Shown: positions 58,237-64,000 of the stretch, in pieces | How the letters are laid out: each line of letters begins with the position of its first letter | How positions within the stretch are numbered: position 1 is the first letter of the stretch | Virus record (IMG/VR): IMGVR_UViG_3300021399_000108 | Span: 1-64,000 of that record | Source of the DNA: a virus | Lineage: Duplodnaviria; Caudoviricetes | Strand: one strand, 5' to 3' | DNA length: 64,000 bases | Made by a program: the position numbers and the translations under genes | Notes under the pieces: model-generated | What the model was told of the DNA's origin: nothing | Database searches by the model: none | Seen by the model: only the letters and a program-made list of their open reading frames with translations

Positions 58237-59766
58237 ATGGAGGTTTCAATGAAAATTAAGTTAAAAATTGGACGTCAAGATAACGCTGATTATTTTGGTG
58301 TTAATGTTGATGATATTATTGAAATTGAATTTGAACGCTATCTAATCGGTGTAGTTGCATCAGAAATTGGCAATAGCAATTTAGAAGCTTGTAAAGCACA
58401 AGCAATAGCTTCACGAACATACGCTATGTCTCGAAATGTATTGATTGGTGAACCAATTTCTGATTCAGCAAATGTTATGGCTTATCGGGCCACACGAGAA
58501 AATCAAAATAAATTTCCTAATGCTTATAAAGCAGTAAATGAAACACAAGGTAAGATACTTACTTATAATCATGTACCAATTCGTGCAGTATATTCTGCAA
58601 ATAATGGCGGGCGAACTACCTCATCAGAAGAACGTTGGGGCAGTGTTTTTCCTTATTTAATCGCGCAAGATGACCCTTGGGATGCAGCAGATGGGCATCC
58701 TAAAAAAGGACATGGAGTAGGATTAAGTCAACTAGGAGCAATATATGCAGGCGCGCATAATATAGATTATAAAACAATTCTTACCTTTTACTACCCAAAT
58801 GCCGTATTAACAGAAAATTACGGCGAGGAGGTAAAAAGTATGAACGTATTTTTAAATGAAAAAGCAAAAAATATTATAGAACTTGCTCGACAACATTTAG
58901 GACATCCTTATGTATACGCGGGTGCAGGTCAATTATGTATTCCTGATAATAGAAGGAAAAAAATTAATAGTACATATCCTGACATTGTAAATAAATGCAA
59001 TGTATTAAATGGTAGTAATACTAATTGTGAAGGATGTAAATATCAAGGTTGCCGCTTTTTCGATTGCCGAGGTTTTACATATTGGATACTTAAACAAAAT
59101 GATGTTAATATTTCCGCAGTTGGCGCTACAACACAATATAATACTGCTGTCTCATGGATAAAACGTGGAAAAATTGAAGACATGCCAAATGTAGTATGCT
59201 GCGTTTTTAAATATAAAGATGATAGTAAACAAATGTCGCATACTGGTTTACATATAGGTAATGGTGTAATTATACATTGTACCGGCGTGAAATTAGGAGA
59301 GGTACAATATGATGCTGTTGGTGGCCAAGGCTGGACACATTTTGCAATTCCAAAAGATTTATATACATTAGATGAAATAAATCAAGCTGAGAAATTAACT
59401 ATTCTTGCTGGATTAAAGAAAGGTGCAACTGGAATTGCTGTCACAGAATTACAACAGAAATTAAATGAATTAGGATATTCTTGTACTGTTGATGGACGTT
59501 ATGGGACCGATACGGCCAATGCTGTAAAACAATTCCAGCAAAAATATCGTTTAACAGCTGACGGAATCGCGGGCGCAATTACAAGAACATTATTAGTTAA
59601 TATAGTGCCTGATAATAATTATACAAAACCTCAAATTAATTTTGAAGCTGAGCAAGTACCTGAATCTATTACAATTATGCCTATTATTAATAATAATAAA
59701 GTTTCACTTATCTTAGACAAAAAATTAGCAGAAGCTTTATATAAAGCATTAAAACAAATATTATAA
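58237..59766 (+). CDS. multidomain cell-wall hydrolase: SpoIID/LytB, NlpC/P60-like and peptidoglycan-binding domains
   Basis: YLIGVVASE...KAQAIASRTYA, GHGVGLSQLGA; FDCRGF...HTGLHIG; LQQKLNELGY...DG.YG..T..AVKQFQ. Confidence 0.88.
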   Translation: MEVSMKIKLKIGRQDNADYFGVNVDDIIEIEFERYLIGVVASEIGNSNLEACKAQAIASRTYAMSRNVLIGEPISDSANVMAYRATRENQNKFPNAYKAVNETQGKILTYNHVPIRAVYSANNGGRTTSSEERWGSVFPYLIAQDDPWDAADGHPKKGHGVGLSQLGAIYAGAHNIDYKTILTFYYPNAVLTENYGEEVKSMNVFLNEKAKNIIELARQHLGHPYVYAGAGQLCIPDNRRKKINSTYPDIVNKCNVLNGSNTNCEGCKYQGCRFFDCRGFTYWILKQNDVNISAVGATTQYNTAVSWIKRGKIEDMPNVVCCVFKYKDDSKQMSHTGLHIGNGVIIHCTGVKLGEVQYDAVGGQGWTHFAIPKDLYTLDEINQAEKLTILAGLKKGATGIAVTELQQKLNELGYSCTVDGRYGTDTANAVKQFQQKYRLTADGIAGAITRTLLVNIVPDNNYTKPQINFEAEQVPESITIMPIINNNKVSLILDKKLAEALYKALKQIL

Positions 59767-59782
59767 TAAAGGAGGTAAAAAT

Positions 59783-62700
59783 ATGCCATTTAGTCATATA
59801 TATAAAAAAAATAATAAATGGAGATTTGGGTAGGCCATTACTCCGCAAGAATTAAATGCGATTAGTGATACCTTAGAATAGGTTACTACTGTACTAACTA
59901 ATACAAATAGCTTAAATAATATCAAAGATGGAACAGGAACTGGATCAATTATAGAAGGATTACTAAATTTAACTCCAGATACATATACTGAAGAACAAGA
60001 TGCAAATGCCAATATCGCGAATGGTAATTATGCTCATGCCGAAGGTTTCAGTACAACAGCATCAGGAGAAATAAGTCATGCCGAAGGTGCATATACTTCT
60101 AGTATTGGTAAATCAAGTCACGCTGAAGGAAAATCTACAATCAGTAATGGAGAAAGTAGTCATGTTGAAGGTGAACTTTCTGGTTCCGTTGGAAAATGGT
60201 CTCATGCAGAAGGATACAGATCTCATACATATGGAGAGGCCGCTCATGCTTAGGGTTACAATACTAATGCTCATAATACAGGTGCTCATGCGGAGGGCTC
60301 AGGCGCATATGCCAGCGGAGTAGGTGCCCATGCTTAGGGATATCAATCTCAGGCTAATAAAGAAGGCAGCCATGCTGAAGGATATAGTACACATGCCACT
60401 AAAATGGGCGCTCATGCAGAAGGTATCTTAAGCACAGCTTCTGGCCTGTATTCTCATGCTGAAGGACTAAATACAGAAGCTTCAGCAGAAAGTTCTCATG
60501 CTGAAGGAAATACCACAAAAGCTAATAAAAAAGCACAACATGTGTTTGGACGTTTTAATGTTGCAGAAGATGGTACAACAAATGATTATGGAACTTATGT
60601 TGAGATTGTTGGTAATGGTACATCAACTACTCAATGTTCTAATGCTCGTACTTTAGATTGGCAGGGCAATGAAGTATTAGCTGGTGGAATAACATTAGGA
60701 AAAGGAACAGATACAGAAATTAATATTACACCTACACTTGCTCAAACTATTATGAGTAGTGTAGAAGATACGAATATGTTAAAAAATAGTATTTTAGATT
60801 TAACTTCTTTAAATAGCACTGGAATTGATTTTATACATGATACATATACTGGTGAAACACAAATAAATATATATAAAAATTTACCCTCGGGTGAATACAA
60901 TTTAACTATAGACAGCATAGTAAGTGATGATACTGATGCTTCTACATGTCAATTATTATTTACTAATCGTAATGCATCTACTACAGTATTAGTATTATTA
61001 TTATCACGTGATACCTTAATTAATAATACTATTACACTGACATCAGATGTCGAACGTGTTATATTATATGCATCAAATAGTTATCCTCATAGTATGGGAG
61101 ATACATTTACTTTTAATAATATTCAAATTAGTTCAAGTTCTAAATTAGTAAATGCTATTAATAAACTTAGTAATGATATATAGCAATTTAAAAATGATAA
61201 TCGAGAAATAGTATTTAGTGGTGAACTATTTCAAGGAACACAATCTTTAAGAGTAAATACACATATTGATCCAGGCGAATATATTTTACATTGTGGCCCT
61301 ACAATTAGTTCTGATACAGACAGCTCTTGGTCAGGTATATGGTTTGGTAAAGGTAATACTGATGAAATCACTATAACTTTTCCTCGTGATGAGGTATCAA
61401 AATATATTAAATTTAATAATGAAGTTACTGATATTGTTTTTTGGGCATCTGATACTTTTTTTAAAGGTGTGAATGATACTTTTAAATTTCAGAATGTTTG
61501 GATTGAAAAAATAAATTCTTTACCCGAAACATTAAAACTACCAGAAACATCAACATTATATACATTTACTGGTTCCACTGTATCTAATCAAGATATACGC
61601 TATAATCATCATATTTTACCTGGCAGTAAGATTGAAATTAAATCTTCTACCACTGATAATCAAAGTGGCGTACTATAGGTACGATGCTATATGCCAGACA
61701 ATCCTGATTATTATAGACAACATGGCTGGGATATGAGTATAAACAGTACTTATTCATTTATCGCACAAGCAGAATATACAGCAATTATATTCAGAACAGT
61801 ACAATCCTATAATAATGTTAAAATTGATATTACCATTAACGATGTTTTTTCTGCTCATACACGATTATGTGCGTTAGAATAGCGGTTCCAAGAAGAATCA
61901 TCTGCATATATTATTAAAAATAAAAATTATTCTGGCACTACTTTACTTGAAATACCACAATAGTTCCCAGAAGGTGATTACTTAATTTCAGTGGAAAATA
62001 TAACTTCTACTGATACAGATACTGATAGTTGTTTAGTATTTTTTACTAGTAATGACGCTAATGTAGAACGTGCAAGAGTATTACTAGAACGTGGAGTGTC
62101 ACAAACATATCAAATATATATTCCTGCTGATACTCATAAAATGTTTTTATTCGCAAGTTCAACAGGTTATGCCGACAGTAGAAATGATCAATTTAAATAC
62201 ACTAATTTAACCATTCAAAAATATGATACTACTAGTAATCGTACTCCAATTTTAACGCCTCTTGGCTTTGAATGGACTACACATCCGTTATTTGGACATT
62301 TGTTTCGTTCTGAAAGAGGAATTGAATGTGATTTTGATATTACGAATTACAAACCTGTCGCTAACTCAACAGTATGGGTGTCTCCATCTGGAGATGATAG
62401 CTTTACTGGAATTGATTCTGTCCATCCCTTAAAATCTCTTAAAACCGCATTAAACCGAAAAAATGTTGATACAATTATCGTGGAAGATGGATTTTATACT
62501 ATTTCTATGGCACCACAAGAAATTAATACTTTAGACCATTCTGTAGCAATTCTCGCCGCAGAAAATGCTCATCCCGTTATTTCTACTAACGCAGGACCAC
62601 ATACCTTCGCTAAACTAGGTGAATATTCTTATGTTTATTCAGTTAAAGTTAATAGTAATTGTGTATGGGACATTCCTAATGCGAGGCCGTTATCTTATGT

Positions 62701-63511
62701 TGGTTCTATTGCATTAGTTAATAGTACTCCTTCATCTTATTTTACTGATGGCACATACACTTATGTTCATACTAAAGACGGGTCCGCACCAACAAATAAT
62801 ATTAGATGCTGCCCCCAAGCAGAAAACTGTAAACTTATAACCGAAGGTCGCATTACAGTATATCTCGAAGGTTTGACTTTTTGTGGCGGTAATCAAGGCG
62901 CTTTCCATGCGTGTAATAGCGTAGCCAATATTCGTCCTCGAATATATGGAAAAGATTGTATATTCGTTGGGGCTGTCGGCGGTGGAGCCTGTTTTTTAGA
63001 AGGATGTGAAAGTATTATGCAAGGCTGTGAAGCATGTGAATCTGTTAATGATGGATTCGGTATTCATAGAAATAATACTAAAGTACATACTTCTCCTTAT
63101 GCGATTGAAATTAATTGTTAGGGACACCATAATGGTAGACCGGCATAGGGTGGATATCTTACAAAAAATGGTAGTACATCACACGCTGGCGCGAAAGTAA
63201 TTAGAGTTAATGGCTCATATCATCATAATTATGGTCCTAATGTTGGTGATGTACATAATAATACTCAAAGTTGGAATTTAGGTTGTCAAGCATATTGTTC
63301 GACCGTAGGCACTGATCAGCGGAACAATGTTGATTATATAATTTCAGATGGTACTACTCCAAAAATGTGGCTAGATACATGTGCAGGCTACGGTTCTTTA
63401 CATTCTTTAGTTGTTGTAGGAGAACCTAATGGTAATGTACAAGCTTTTGTAAAAAATAGTGTTTTATCCAATGTTGTAGTTGAAGGTACTGGCACATTAA
63501 TTGCTTATTAA
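59783..63511 (+). CDS. large tail fibre/adhesin (1242 aa) with 12 HxEG repeats and a C-terminal beta-helix; multiple in-frame TAG
   Basis: One frame joins track ORFs 60404, 61469, 61691 and 61991; AAGGAGGT RBS; TAA stop. Confidence 0.85.
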
Positions 63512-63533
63512 TATTAATAAATTAGTTTAATAT

Positions 63534-63562
63534 TTGACTTTTCTTTTAATTTTTGATATAAT
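63534..63562 (+). promoter_or_regulatory. sigmaA-type promoter for ORF 63596 and the suppressor tRNA
   Basis: TTGACT-17nt-TATAAT with extended -10 TG. Confidence 0.8.
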
Positions 63563-63595
63563 ATATATAGAAAAATAAAAAAGGAGAAATAATAA

Positions 63596-63823
63596 ATGGG
63601 TAAACTATTTTTTGAAAATTCTCAAGGTAGCCGTCGAGAAATTGCTTCTAATATTTCTAGAGAAGATTGTGGAAAAGAAATTCAAAAGTTTATTCAAGAT
63701 CATAATAAAGGCAAGCCGAAAGATAAGAAGTTTCATTCATACTATACCCGTACTTGGGAAGAAAATGGAGAAACAGTATTTGATGTAGGCTCATGGAGCG
63801 AATTTTTCTATTATAAAAATTAA
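63596..63823 (+). CDS. conserved phage hypothetical protein
   Basis: SYYTRTW...FDVGSWSEFF. Confidence 0.8.
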   Translation: MGKLFFENSQGSRREIASNISREDCGKEIQKFIQDHNKGKPKDKKFHSYYTRTWEENGETVFDVGSWSEFFYYKN

Positions 63824-63844
63824 TCGCGGGTAATACCCGCGTGT

Positions 63845-63919
63845 GGCGGTGTCTTCTAGTGGTTAGGAAAGCGGTCTCTAAAACCGCGAACCTGAGTTCG
63901 ATTCTCAGTACCGCTACCA
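63845..63919 (+). tRNA. amber suppressor tRNA (anticodon CUA) with a tRNA-Glu-type body
   Basis: GGCGGTG/TACCGCT acceptor, GCGGT-CT-CTA-AA-ACCGC anticodon arm, 4-nt variable loop, TTCGATT T-loop, encoded CCA. Confidence 0.93.
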
Positions 63920-63928
63920 ATTATATTG

Positions 63929-63956
63929 TAAGGATGACTAATTATAGTCATCCTTA
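63929..63956 (+). terminator. hairpin downstream of the suppressor tRNA
   Basis: TAAGGATGACTA-ATTA-TAGTCATCCTTA. Confidence 0.6.
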
Positions 63957-64000
63957 TATTATATTAGTGAAAATTATCAAAATTAATCGCTAATCATACT

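Noticed and set aside
6061-63511. TAG = Gln (genetic code 15)
   Set aside because: Diagnostic positions (DExD, HAEG repeats, YTKDEYI, IIEMICDW) call for Glu, and the CUA tRNA has a Glu-type rather than Gln-type body.
6061-63511. TAG-interrupted genes as pseudogenes or G-to-T sequencing damage
   Set aside because: Decay or damage would mostly turn the more common GAA into TAA and add frameshifts; no in-frame TAA or frameshift is seen, and a cognate tRNA is present.
63845-63919. Pyrrolysine tRNA (also CUA)
   Set aside because: Has canonical D-loop GG, TTC T-loop, 5-bp anticodon stem and 4-nt variable loop, unlike tRNA-Pyl; no pyl genes in the window.

Overview
A 64-kb segment of a large AT-rich dsDNA bacteriophage. 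The host is probably a Firmicutes/Clostridia species, judging from sigmaA-type TTGACA-N17-TG-TATAAT promoters, strong AAGGAGG RBSs and SpoIID- and HPr-like genes. The main result is that this phage appears to use a non-standard genetic code in which TAG is read as glutamate, not glutamine as in the code-15 recoding described for gut phages. Dozens of in-frame TAGs (no in-frame TAA) interrupt otherwise intact genes. They fall on positions where Glu is expected: the helicase Walker B D-E-x-D motif, 2 of 12 HAEG repeats whose other 10 copies use GAA/GAG, YTKDEYI, and IIEMICDW. The window also encodes an amber-suppressor tRNA (anticodon CUA, 63845-63919) built on a tRNA-Glu-type body. Other content: (1) an early region of single-promoter gene cassettes separated by ten copies of a 19-bp palindrome (0.4-5.1 kb); (2) a TAG-rich SF2 helicase between two repeat-rich non-coding blocks (candidate origin); (3) many small hypothetical genes; (4) a recoded endolysin, a spore-protein-like cluster and tail/fibre genes; (5) a tRNA/ncRNA island with 13 further tRNAs, GOLLD-like and ROOL-like large RNA candidates and three tRNA mimics; (6) a vWA/PurA-like operon and an RNA-repair set (kinase, phosphoesterase, nucleotidyltransferase, Rnl2 ligase). 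Family assignments come from motif recognition only; no database searches were run.
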